Shown: in pieces, positions 11,244-22,562 of the stretch | Layout: each line of letters opens with the position of its first letter | Numbering within the stretch: position 1 is the stretch's first letter | NCBI GenBank assembly: GCA_963771275.1 | Contig: CAVYSW010000010.1 | Span: 96,001-160,000 of the forward strand | Direction of reading: 5' to 3' | DNA length: 64,000 nucleotides | DNA from: an uncultured Gemmatimonadales bacterium | Lineage (GTDB): Bacteria; Gemmatimonadota; Gemmatimonadetes; Gemmatimonadales; GWC2-71-9 | The notes under the pieces: model-generated | Database searches by the model: none | The model's input: the letters and a program-made list of their open reading frames with translations, nothing else | What the model was told of the DNA's origin: nothing | Program-made: the position numbers and the translations under genes

Positions 11244-11300
11244 CCCGGCGTCTCGCCTTTTCTCCGGAGTCCCTGCGGTGCGGCGCTGCCCGCCGCCCGG

Positions 11301-12857
11301 ATGGAGTCCCCGGTGACTGACCTGCCCGTGATTCCCGTCATCACGGCCGCCGAGGCGGCCGCCTGGGATGCGCGCGCGCGCACGGCGCACGCGATCCCGT
11401 CGCGCGTCCTGATGGAATCGGCCGGCCGGGCCGCGGCGCTCGTCATCGCCCGCGAGTTCGCGCCGGTGCTGGGACGCGGCGTTCTGGTGGCGGCGGGCCC
11501 CGGCAACAACGGCGGCGATGGCTGGGTCGTGGCCCGCGCGCTGCGCGCGGTGGGCGTCCGCGTGTGGGCCACCGAGCTGGCCCGCGGGCGTTCGGCCGAC
11601 TGCGAGGCGAGCCGCGCGCTGGCGCTCCCGGCGGGCGTCGAGCTGCTCGATCTCGGCGCGCCCTGGCCACCGGTGGGCGTGGTGGTGGACGCCCTGCTCG
11701 GCACGGGCGCGAGCGAGGCCCCGCAGGGGCCGATCGCCGAGCTGGCGCGCCGGGTGGCCGACCACGGTCCCCCGGTCGCCGCGATCGACGGCCCGACCGG
11801 CGTCGACCTGTCGAGCGGCACGGCGCACGGGCCGGTGCGCGCGCAGCTCACCGTCACGTTCGGCGGCCTGCGACGCGGACACCTGCTGGCGCGCGACTGG
11901 GTCGGCCGCGTCGTCGTGGTGGACATCGGCTTCCCGGCGCCGGACGGCACCTGGCCCGTGCTCGTCACCGACGCCTGGGCCCAGAGCGCTTTGCCCCCGT
12001 TCGCCCCCACGATGCACAAGGGCGACCGCGGCCGCGTGCTGGTGATCGGCGGCGACGTGGGCATGGCGGGGGCGGCGATGCACGTCGCCCGCGCGGCGTT
12101 TGCCTGCGGGGCCGGGCTCGTGAAGCTCGCCCTGCCGGAGCCCTCGATCCGCGCGGCGCAGGCCAACTTCCCCGACGCGCTCACCGTGGCCACCGCGCTC
12201 GGCCCCGCCGTCGAGCCGCCGCTCGCGGAGGCGGTGACCTGGGCGGACACGATCGTGGTGGGGCCGGGTCTGGGGCGCGGCGCGGCGCGCGAGGCGTTCG
12301 CCCGCGCCGTGGTGGAGCGGGCCGCGGCGCCGTTGGTGATCGACGCCGACGCCCTGCATGTCCCCGGGCTCGCCACCCTGGGGCAGGCGCCGCGCGTGCT
12401 GACGCCCCATCCCGGCGAGTTCGCGGCGCAGTTCCCCGCGATCGCCGACCTGGCGCGCGGCGATCGCTTCGCCGCCCCGTCCGCCGCTCTGGCGCTCTGC
12501 CGCTCTGCCGCCGTCCTGTTGAAGGGCGTCCCCACGGTGATCGCCGGGGCCGGGGCCGCCGGCGTGCGCGTCGTCGCGGCCGGCAACCCCGCCCTCGCGA
12601 CCGGGGGGAGCGGCGACCTGCTCGCGGGGACGATCGCCGCGTGGCTCGCGCGCGGCCTCACGCCGTTCGACGCGGCGGCGCTCGGCGCCCACGTGATGGG
12701 TCGCGCCGCCGAGCGCGCCGCGACCACCCGGGGCGTGCGCGCCACCCGCCCGGAAGACGTGGCCGAGGCCTACGCCGGCCTGTGGGAGGCGTGGACCGAG
12801 CCTCCCGTGTTCGCGCCGCCGGTCCTCGTCACGCTCGACCCGCCCGCCGTCGTGTGA
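11301..12857 (+). CDS. nnr: Bifunctional NAD(P)H-hydrate epimerase/dehydratase (YjeF)
   Basis: LMESAG, GPGNNGGDG, DALLGTG; HKGDRG, GPGLG, VIDADAL, LTPHPGEF and LATGGSGDLL. Confidence 0.95.
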   Translation: MESPVTDLPVIPVITAAEAAAWDARARTAHAIPSRVLMESAGRAAALVIAREFAPVLGRGVLVAAGPGNNGGDGWVVARALRAVGVRVWATELARGRSADCEASRALALPAGVELLDLGAPWPPVGVVVDALLGTGASEAPQGPIAELARRVADHGPPVAAIDGPTGVDLSSGTAHGPVRAQLTVTFGGLRRGHLLARDWVGRVVVVDIGFPAPDGTWPVLVTDAWAQSALPPFAPTMHKGDRGRVLVIGGDVGMAGAAMHVARAAFACGAGLVKLALPEPSIRAAQANFPDALTVATALGPAVEPPLAEAVTWADTIVVGPGLGRGAAREAFARAVVERAAAPLVIDADALHVPGLATLGQAPRVLTPHPGEFAAQFPAIADLARGDRFAAPSAALALCRSAAVLLKGVPTVIAGAGAAGVRVVAAGNPALATGGSGDLLAGTIAAWLARGLTPFDAAALGAHVMGRAAERAATTRGVRATRPEDVAEAYAGLWEAWTEPPVFAPPVLVTLDPPAVV

Positions 12858-14419
12858 AGCGGTTTCCGGCGCTCGGGCTCGCCGCCCTCAGCGTGGCGGC
12901 GCCGGCGGCCGCGCAGACGCGCCTCTGGAGCCCCGGCGATCGCGTCGTCATCTCCGACTACAGCGTCGTGCGCGCGATCGCCGCCTCCGACACGTGGGTG
13001 TACGTCGCGACGCCCAACGGGCTCGGCCTGTACGACCGCCGGTTTCGCCGCTGGGATCCCCCGGTCACCTGGGCGGACGGCTACCCGCGGGAGCCGGTGC
13101 TGACCGCGCTCGCCGACCCGGCCGAAGACGCCGTCTGGCTCGGCACCGTGACCGGCGTGGTGCGCTACCTGCCGCAGATCCGCCGGTTCGACGCGGTCAC
13201 GATCCCGGGCGGCGTGCGCGACCTGATGTACGACCGCGGCGATCCGTTCCCCGGGATCTACCTGCTGACGTCGAGCGGCTGGGAATTCCTGGCGCGCGGC
13301 AGCTTCATCGCGGCGCCGGCGCCGCTGCCGCCCCCCGGCCGCCGCGTGAGCCCGCCCCAGGTCGAGGACGTGATGCGCCGCGCCCCGATCATCGATGCGC
13401 TGCAGGGTGCCGTGCTGCTCGACGAGCGGCTCCGCTCGTTCCACTACACCTGCGCCGCCATCGCGTCCGACGCCGAGATGTACTACCTCGGCACGGACGG
13501 GATGGGGGTGATCCAGGTGGATCCGCTGGTCGCCCGGTTCGATGCGCTGCCGTTCGGCATGCTCGGCGTAGGCGCGGGCGCGGTGCTCCCGGTCCCGGGC
13601 GGCGTGTGGGTGGGCACCGACGAGCGCGGGCCCCGCAGCGGGCTCACGTTCGTGGATGACGACCTGCAGGACTACCGCGTCGAGGAAGGCCCGCGCGGCA
13701 CCGGGTTCGGGAGCCCGGCCGTGCACGCCCTCATGGCGCGGGACCGCACGATCTGGGCGGCGACCGATGCCGGCGTGGTCCGTGTCGATCAGGGTGGCAG
13801 CACGCTCCGGATCGGGACCGTGGACGGCCTGCCGGGCGAGGCGGTCTACGCGCTCGCGCAGGGACCATCCGGCGTGTGGTTCGGCACCGCGCGCGGGCTG
13901 GGGTTTCTGGCGCGCGACGCCGACAAGGTGCGCGCCCTCGACGGCCCCGGCGTGCCGGTGCTCGCCCTCTCGGCCGCGCGCGACACGGTGTGGATCGGCT
14001 ACGCCACCGGGCTCGGCCTCGCCGCGGCCGGCGGCGACGTGTTCATCGCACCGGGGGCCGACTCCGTGCCCGAGCTCCTGACGGCGATCGTCGCCGTCAC
14101 GCGGGTGGCCGACACCGTCGTCGCCGCGACCGTGGATCGCGTCCTCTGGCGGGCGGGCATGGGCCCGTGGCTGGTCGAGCGCTCGCTCGCGACCGATGTC
14201 GGGGTGATCGCGGCGCTCGCGGCGGATTCCGGCGGTGTGTGGATCGGGGGCAGCGGCGGGCTGGCGCGCTACGGCTTCGCGACCCGCGCCGTCACGGTGC
14301 TGCGCGCCCCCGGCGACGTGCCCGGCGCCGTGCGCGGCATCGCCGTGAGCCGGCGCTACATCTGGGCCGCGACGGACGCGGGGTTGGTGCGGTTCCGGCG
14401 GGAGGCGGTGGAGCCGTGA
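12854..14419 (+). CDS. Secreted beta-propeller-like hypothetical protein
   Basis: GTG overlaps the nnr stop; signal peptide (..AAPAAA/Q); repeated VW[LVI]GT.xG[LV] blades. Confidence 0.75.
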   Translation: MKRFPALGLAALSVAAPAAAQTRLWSPGDRVVISDYSVVRAIAASDTWVYVATPNGLGLYDRRFRRWDPPVTWADGYPREPVLTALADPAEDAVWLGTVTGVVRYLPQIRRFDAVTIPGGVRDLMYDRGDPFPGIYLLTSSGWEFLARGSFIAAPAPLPPPGRRVSPPQVEDVMRRAPIIDALQGAVLLDERLRSFHYTCAAIASDAEMYYLGTDGMGVIQVDPLVARFDALPFGMLGVGAGAVLPVPGGVWVGTDERGPRSGLTFVDDDLQDYRVEEGPRGTGFGSPAVHALMARDRTIWAATDAGVVRVDQGGSTLRIGTVDGLPGEAVYALAQGPSGVWFGTARGLGFLARDADKVRALDGPGVPVLALSAARDTVWIGYATGLGLAAAGGDVFIAPGADSVPELLTAIVAVTRVADTVVAATVDRVLWRAGMGPWLVERSLATDVGVIAALAADSGGVWIGGSGGLARYGFATRAVTVLRAPGDVPGAVRGIAVSRRYIWAATDAGLVRFRREAVEP

Positions 14420-15372
14420 CGCCGCATCCGCCGCGTCCCACGCCGACGCTCGGCCCGGGCGGCGAGTTCGATCGGATCCGCGCGATCTGGCAGCGCCTTG
14501 GCCAGCACGCGGCGGAGGTCGGTGACGACGCGGCGATCGTCCACGTGGGCGCCGAGCAGCTGGCGCTGTCGTGCGACATGGCCGTCGAGGGGCGCCACTT
14601 CCGGCTCGACTGGCTGCACCCGGCCGAGCTCGGCTGGCGGATCGGCGCGTCGGCCATCTCCGATCTCGCGGCGGTTGCCGCCGAGCCAATCGGCATGCTG
14701 GTGAGCGTCGGCGTGCCCGAGCGGCTCGCGGTCGAGTTCCTGCCCGAGCTGATGGCGGGCGTGGGCCGGAGCGCGGCGCACACGGGCGCGGTCGTGTGGG
14801 GTGGCGACCTCGTGCAGAGCGACGCGGTCGTGGTGGACGTCATGGTCGCCGGCCGCGTCGCGCGACCGGTGCTGCGGAGCGGCGCGCGGGCCGGCGACGC
14901 GCTCTGGGTCACCGGCCGCCTCGGCGGACCGCACGAAGCCGTGGCCGCATGGCTCGCGGGACGGGAGCCGCACGCCGAGGCCCGCGCGCGCTATGCGAAG
15001 CCCGTGCCGCGGGTGCACGAGGCGCTGTGGCTCCGCGACCACGGCGCCACGGCGCTGATCGACGTGAGCGACGGGCTCACGGGCGACGCGGGCCACCTCG
15101 CGGCGGCCTCGGGCGTGGCCCTCGCGATCGCCGCCGACCTGGTGCCGTGCCTCCCCGGCGTGGAGCGCTGGGAATCGGCGCTCGTCGGTGGCGAGGAGTA
15201 CGAGCTGCTCGCCACGATGCCGGCATCGTTCGGCGACGCGGACGCGCGCGCCTTCAGCGCGCAGTTCGCGCTGCCGCTGACCCGGATCGGCGCCGCCACG
15301 GCGGGGCAGGGAGTCCACGTGACCCGCGGAGGACGATCCGTCGAGCTGCCGGATGCCTTCTCGCACTTCTAG
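14416..15372 (+). CDS. thiL: Thiamine-phosphate kinase
   Basis: EFDRI, VGDDAA, VEGRHF, SDLAA, GGD, RSGA..GD, IDVSDGL and GGEEYELL. Confidence 0.95.
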   Translation: MTPHPPRPTPTLGPGGEFDRIRAIWQRLGQHAAEVGDDAAIVHVGAEQLALSCDMAVEGRHFRLDWLHPAELGWRIGASAISDLAAVAAEPIGMLVSVGVPERLAVEFLPELMAGVGRSAAHTGAVVWGGDLVQSDAVVVDVMVAGRVARPVLRSGARAGDALWVTGRLGGPHEAVAAWLAGREPHAEARARYAKPVPRVHEALWLRDHGATALIDVSDGLTGDAGHLAAASGVALAIAADLVPCLPGVERWESALVGGEEYELLATMPASFGDADARAFSAQFALPLTRIGAATAGQGVHVTRGGRSVELPDAFSHF

Positions 15373-15405
15373 ACCCCTCACCCTGCCCTCTCCCCCTCTG
15401 CCCCC

Positions 15406-17750
<2,345 letters not shown>

Positions 17751-17754
<4 letters not shown>

Positions 17755-17779
17755 GCCTCCGGGGGGGTGGGAGTAGAAT
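17751..17779 (+). promoter_or_regulatory. Sigma70-like promoter for tRNA-Met
   Basis: TTGAGC (17751-56), 17-bp spacer, TAGAAT (17774-79), 30 bp upstream of the tRNA. Confidence 0.65.
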
Positions 17780-17808
17780 GCAGATTGAAGATTGCAGAAC
17801 GAGAACGA

Positions 17809-17882
17809 GGCGGAGTAGCTCAGCTGGTTAGAGCAGCGGAATCATAATCCGCGTGTCGGGGGTTCGAATCCCTCCTCCGCTA
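17809..17882 (+). tRNA. tRNA-Met(CAT), elongator type; CCA not encoded
   Basis: Cloverleaf: GGCGGAG/CTCCGCT acceptor stem, D arm GCTCAGCTGGTTAGAGC, anticodon stem GCGGA/TCCGC with loop ATCATAA, T loop GGTTCGAATCC. Confidence 0.95.
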
Positions 17883-17904
17883 TTGGAAGTGAACGAGGCA
17901 CTTT

Positions 17905-17941
17905 AGCCCGCCCGGTCCTACGCCGGGCGGGCTCTTCTTCT
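17905..17941 (+). terminator. Intrinsic terminator after tRNA-Met
   Basis: 11-bp stem AGCCCGCCCGG/CCGGGCGGGCT, 7-nt loop, pyrimidine tail CTTCTTCT. Confidence 0.75.
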
Positions 17942-18179
17942 GCCTGATCCATGGTGAAATCCGTTGGTCGCAGATATCCAAGCGGCTCGCTCCCACTGTA
18001 GCGCGAGCTCCACGCCTTGCGTCGGGTGAGACCGGCTGCATCTTAGGAACCCATGCGGGCCGCTCCGCGGCCCGAGTGTCCGAAGGACGCCTCCCCCCAG
18101 CCAGACGCCCCTCTTGCGAACGGCATGCGCCGCCAGCGCCGCCGTCTGTGCCGAACGTCAGCATAAGGAGAAACACGCG

Positions 18180-18578
18180 ATGACCCACAAACTGAATATG
18201 CTCGCGGCCACTGCTGGGCTGCTACTGCTGATAGGCTGCAGCGACGAGCCCACTGCGCCCCATCCCTGGGCGGGGACCTACGCCACCGCCACCAAGTTTG
18301 GCGGGGTAGGCGGCACCTGGAGTGCCTTCGGTGACCTTGTCCTCGCATCCAGCACCGACCTTCAGTTGTACGGAGTGCAGATCGTCAATCCAACGTGGCA
18401 GGCCGACACGCTGTCCTGGACGATGGCCGACGGAAACGCGGGCAACGCGAAGATCGCCTTCAAGACGTCCAGCTCGGACACTTATTATTGGGACGCCGCC
18501 GTGCAGGGGAAGCTGTTCGAAGGCGCCTACCAGAAGCCGGGAGAGGGTTGGGTCGACTTTCGGGGCGTCGTTGAGTAG
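18180..18578 (+). CDS. Hypothetical lipoprotein (132 aa)
   Basis: AAGGAG RBS; MTHK...LLLLIG-C lipobox; beta-rich mature region. Confidence 0.75.
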   Translation: MTHKLNMLAATAGLLLLIGCSDEPTAPHPWAGTYATATKFGGVGGTWSAFGDLVLASSTDLQLYGVQIVNPTWQADTLSWTMADGNAGNAKIAFKTSSSDTYYWDAAVQGKLFEGAYQKPGEGWVDFRGVVE

Positions 18579-18943
18579 CCAAGCGAGCCCCACTCCATTC
18601 TGCGGCCATTGCTGGCGTCACCGCCCGGCCCCGCGCCGGGCGGTTCGCTACCTAGCCAAACGACGGCCACCAACGTCCTCGAGGTTAGGACTCGTCCACA
18701 TCACCGTTGGACGGCCAGCGCTCGGGGGGAAGCCACCGGCGCGCCGATCAGGACGGACGTTCTTGACGTCGGGCACGGACCGCGGGATCATATCGACGTC
18801 TCAGGGGTTCGAATCTCTCGATTGAGATCGCGCACTCCCAACGGGCGAGTGCCTGTCGGGAGCGCCGAGTTCACGGGCGCCAGCACGCCCGGGGCACGGC
18901 TTTCCGTCCGCGTAGCAGTCACCACAGATACGAGGAATCCGCC

Positions 18944-19678
18944 ATGGCGATGACCGCCCTTCGGTCGGGCTCGCGGGGGCCCGACGTCAAGAAGGTCCAG
19001 GAGAAGCTCAACACCCAGCTGAGCCCCAGCCCGCGGCTGGTCCCGGATGGCGACTTCGGTCCCTTGACGCGGAACGCCGTGGTGCGGTTCCAGCACGCGC
19101 AGTGGCTGGTGGCGGACGGGGAGGTCGGCCCCTGCACGTGGAACGCGCTGATGGGCACCGAAGCCTACCCGCCCATTCTGCACACCATCCCGTTCATCCC
19201 GCAGCCGACGAACACCACCTGCTGGGCGGCGAGCACCGCCATGGTGACCCGCTCCAACGTCCCGGCCGTCATTGCCAAGACTCCCGCCGATCTCATCCTC
19301 CCCGACGGCAGCCTCGCCAATTTCTCCGAGACCGCCGATCCCGTGACCGGCTCAGCCCGCTTCGCCGCGGCGCACGGCTTGACCGTGGTGCCCCCGACCT
19401 CGTGGATGCCCACGGGGCTGGTGGCGATGCTGCGGGCGGGACCCTTGATCTTCGACATGTTGTGGGACGCGACGACCTACGTGAACGGGACCGGCAGCCC
19501 CGGTCACATGATCGCGGTCGTCGGCATCCGCGGGGACAACGACCAGTCAGGCAAGGGCACGACGCTCCGGATCTTCGATCCCTGGGCGCCGACGCAAGGC
19601 AAGAAGTACTCCGTGGGGTACTTCAAGTGGATCCAGGAGGTGCCGACGCGGACCTACCACATCTACCACAAGCGCTGA
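18944..19678 (+). CDS. Peptidoglycan-binding domain plus papain-like (C39/C70-like) cysteine protease
   Basis: LRSGSRGPDVKKVQEKL...DGDFGPLTRNAVVRFQ...L.ADG.VGP.TW (PG_binding_1); Q....CWAAS, GHMIAVVG and IFDPW (Cys-His-Asp); GAGG RBS; no signal peptide. Confidence 0.85.
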   Translation: MAMTALRSGSRGPDVKKVQEKLNTQLSPSPRLVPDGDFGPLTRNAVVRFQHAQWLVADGEVGPCTWNALMGTEAYPPILHTIPFIPQPTNTTCWAASTAMVTRSNVPAVIAKTPADLILPDGSLANFSETADPVTGSARFAAAHGLTVVPPTSWMPTGLVAMLRAGPLIFDMLWDATTYVNGTGSPGHMIAVVGIRGDNDQSGKGTTLRIFDPWAPTQGKKYSVGYFKWIQEVPTRTYHIYHKR

Positions 19679-19751
19679 GGCGGCCGACCGCTCGCGTCCG
19701 GGCGGCGATTGCGCCACCGGCGCCCACCCGTACCTTGAGGGCGGGCACGCC

Positions 19752-20969
19752 ATGAAAGCGTCGAGCTTCCTCCTCACGATCGCGCTCGCCGCCGGCTGTG
19801 AGCCGGCGGCTGATTCGAGCTCGATCAACCGGTCTGACTCCCTGGGCGTGTCTCTGATCGAGTACGCGCCGAGCTTCGCCGCAGCGGCGGCCCACGCGTG
19901 GTCGACCGACCCCGAGCCGGTGTTGTCCATCGGCGCGCCGGACGCGGAACTATTCCGAGTTCGGGTTGCGCTGTTCCAGTCCGACGGTGGCATTGTCGTG
20001 GCGAATGGCGGCGCTTACGAGCTACTGCTGTTCGACCACACGGGACGGCTGTACGCCCGTGCGGGCGGAGAGGGCGGGGGACCGGGCGAGTTCCACCAGC
20101 TCACGTACCTGTCCGTGGGCCCCGCGGACTCGCTGTACGCGTACGATGCCGGGGAGCGCCGCCTCTCGGTGTTCGATCCGCGCGGCCCGTTCGCCCGCGC
20201 CGTGACCCTTCAGGGCCTCGATACGCTGGGGACCGCCGAGCAGGTCGGCGTGCTGCGGAGCGGCGAGATCGTCGGGGCGTTTCGCCGGCGAACGGCGGGC
20301 GCGGGACTGGTGCGCGACTCGCTGCTCGTGATGACGTTCATGTCCTCCGACAGGCTGGCGGCGCGGCTCGGCGTGTTCCCCCATCTGTACACGGATTGGG
20401 GTCCGCACCCCGTTCCCGGCGACGGAACGGCCAGCGTTCCCCTGCCGGTGCCGCTCTCCAGCGTGACCGCGGTGACCGTGGGAGACAGCGCAATCTACGT
20501 AGGACTGCCGGACCGCTACGCCTTGATCCGGCTGACGCCTGGCGGAGTCCGGCGTATCACCCGGCAGCGCGAGCCACCGCGGGCCGTGACCGAGGCCGAC
20601 CGGGCGCGTTTGTTCGCCGCGCTGGGCGGCGGTCGCATGCGGGGACCGGAGCTCGCGGTCCTGCGGGGCCTGAAGGGGCCCGGCACGCTGCCGGCGTTCG
20701 GCGTCGAGCCGCTGACCGCGAGAGTCGGCGAGCCGGCGATGCTGGTGACGGATCTGGACGGCGTGTGGCTCCGGCCGTTTCAGCTTCCCGATGATTCGGT
20801 CAATGTGCCATGGCCGAGATTCACCGGCGACGGGTTATACGAGGGAACCGTCACGCTGCCGCCGCGGTTCCGCCCGACCGCGGTACGCGGGGACCTGGTG
20901 CTCGGCGTGTATCGGGATGCGGCGGATGTCGAGTACGTTCGAGCCTATCGCCTGGCCGCGCACCGCTAG
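19752..20969 (+). CDS. Lipoprotein, 6-bladed beta-propeller-like
   Basis: LAAG-C lipobox; GGEGGGPGEF, DSLYAYD...RRLSVFD..G.F; C-terminal D..DVEYVRAY. Confidence 0.8.
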   Translation: MKASSFLLTIALAAGCEPAADSSSINRSDSLGVSLIEYAPSFAAAAAHAWSTDPEPVLSIGAPDAELFRVRVALFQSDGGIVVANGGAYELLLFDHTGRLYARAGGEGGGPGEFHQLTYLSVGPADSLYAYDAGERRLSVFDPRGPFARAVTLQGLDTLGTAEQVGVLRSGEIVGAFRRRTAGAGLVRDSLLVMTFMSSDRLAARLGVFPHLYTDWGPHPVPGDGTASVPLPVPLSSVTAVTVGDSAIYVGLPDRYALIRLTPGGVRRITRQREPPRAVTEADRARLFAALGGGRMRGPELAVLRGLKGPGTLPAFGVEPLTARVGEPAMLVTDLDGVWLRPFQLPDDSVNVPWPRFTGDGLYEGTVTLPPRFRPTAVRGDLVLGVYRDAADVEYVRAYRLAAHR

Positions 20970-21084
20970 TACATCAGCTCACAACTACGGTTACGTATTG
21001 CACCGCAGCGGTCGCCGAGCACGCGGAGTGAGGGAACTGCTGCGCACCATGCGCCGACCCCAGCACCCGACGATCACGGGCTTG

Positions 21085-21111
21085 CTCTGCGGTCTCTGCG
21101 GACTCCGCGGT
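21085..21111. repeat. Three 9-bp tandem units (intergenic)
   Basis: CTCTGCGGT CTCTGCGGA CTCCGCGGT. Confidence 0.6.
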
Positions 21112-21202
21112 GAGACGCGTCATCGAACCTATGACCAAGGGTACTAGCCAGGCGCCAAGCCTGAGCGGCACGAGGGCGAACGCTTTGGCGGCGCCGGCCG
21201 GA

Positions 21203-21818
21203 CTACTTCTTCTGTAGCTGGAACCAGCCGGGGAACGGCTCCTCCACCGCCTCGTACGCCTTCGCCTTGTCCTTGAACAGCCCCACGCCCTCGATGTCCT
21301 GGTAGCGCCACCGGACCCCTTCCAGGATCCCCTTCTCACGAAGCTCCTGTGCGACGGTGTTCTCGATCGCGTTCACGTTGAGGTTCTCGATCTGGCTGAC
21401 CCCCTTCTTCCCGCGTTGCACCATGGCGCGGAACGTCGCCGTCGTTCGAGAGCCGCTGATAGGCATGACCCATCTCGTGCATCAGGAGCATCGCCGGCGA
21501 TAACGCGCCGGCCATGCTGTCCTCGTCCTGCAGGTGTGCCGGGACCGCCGCGAGCGTCTTCTGGTAGCTGCCCGCCGATTTCCGATGCCCCTCTTCGTCC
21601 TTGGTCTGCACTCGTTTGTACGGATTCCAGCGGATCGTCCCGCCCAGGTCCTCGCCGGGTCGATACCCGTTCTTCTCGACGTAACCACCGATCTCCACGT
21701 TGATCGTGGCCGGACTCTCCTCGAGCTGGTCGATGATGAACGTGGCGAGGTCCGACTGCCTGAGGTAGGCGAGCGTCTGTGCGAACAGCTCCGTGTAGCG
21801 CTTGGTGTAGAAAGCCAT
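21203..21818 (-). CDS. HEXXH zinc metalloprotease, M91/NleD-like; one +1 frameshift near 21440
   Basis: GGGAG RBS then MAFYTK...GGTIRWNP...SPAMLLMHEMGHAYQ. Dropping one G (AAC GAC G GCG ACG TTC) continues into ...IENLNVNAIENTVAQEL...FQLQKK*, 204 aa in total. Confidence 0.7.
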
Positions 21819-21992
21819 GCGGCCGCTCCCGGAAAGCCCGTCGCCAATTTGGGCCTTTCGCCGCACGGCACAACAAGAGGTCTTGTCGGCTTTCCTCCAG
21901 TGGCTCTGTGAGTCACCCTCCGGCACATTCTCCGCGGGCTACCTGCGTCGTCGATCCCGCGCAGCAACGCCCCAACCACCCGCATGGTCTCC

Positions 21993-22559
21993 TTACTTCG
22001 CGATCCCGATGACGCCGCAGGCGAGCCGCGCTCCCGCCGCCCCCGTGGGCTGGGTCGCGAAGTCGTCCGGCTGGGCATGGACGATCACGCCTCGCCCGAG
22101 GATGCTGTGCGCGCCGGTCAGGCTTACCTGGGTGTCCGTGCGCTCGTACGACGCCCTCCCCTGAGCGTCCGCCGTGAGGTTGCCAAGGTCGCCGACGTGG
22201 CGGGCGGACGCGTCGGGCCCGGCGTGCGGCGCTCCAGCCGGGTTGAAATGGCCACCAGCCGTCGTTCCGTCCGCGCCGCTGCAGTCGCCGAATTCGTGGA
22301 TATGGAAGCCGTGGGCGCCGGCGGGGAGGCCCTCCAGCTGTGCCGTGATGCGCACCCCCACCCCCCCCTCGACCGCCGCGAACGTGACCACGCCGTGGAC
22401 GCTGCTGCCCGCCGTGGGGGCGAGCACCGCGACCGCCCGCGTCGGCGCGGCGGCTGCCTGCTCCTGGTGACCGGCATGCTGTGCCCCCGCCGGAGCGGCG
22501 GTCGGCAGGATCGCGGCGAGCGCGACTCCGAGGGATCGTAAGACGGAATGCGGCATCAT
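21993..22559 (-). CDS. sodC: Periplasmic Cu/Zn superoxide dismutase
   Basis: Signal peptide; HGFHIHEFGDC, GGHFNP, RHVGDLGN, IVHAQPDD and GARLACGVI. Confidence 0.96.
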   Translation of the reverse strand: MMPHSVLRSLGVALAAILPTAAPAGAQHAGHQEQAAAAPTRAVAVLAPTAGSSVHGVVTFAAVEGGVGVRITAQLEGLPAGAHGFHIHEFGDCSGADGTTAGGHFNPAGAPHAGPDASARHVGDLGNLTADAQGRASYERTDTQVSLTGAHSILGRGVIVHAQPDDFATQPTGAAGARLACGVIGIAK

Positions 22560-22562
22560 GGT

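Noticed and set aside
17809..17882. Initiator tRNA-fMet or tRNA-Ile2
   Set aside because: Position 1-72 is paired (G-U) and the anticodon stem lacks three consecutive G-C pairs next to the loop. The GGC acceptor start fits elongator Met; Ile2 is not fully excluded.
18609..18953. 114-aa ORF between the lipoprotein and the protease
   Set aside because: No RBS, poor codon bias and no recognisable motif.
21820..21960. Riboswitch or sigma54 promoter upstream of the metalloprotease
   Set aside because: Only an imperfect hairpin (GAAAGCCC...GGGCCTTTC); no match to a riboswitch consensus I know, and the -12 GC is missing.
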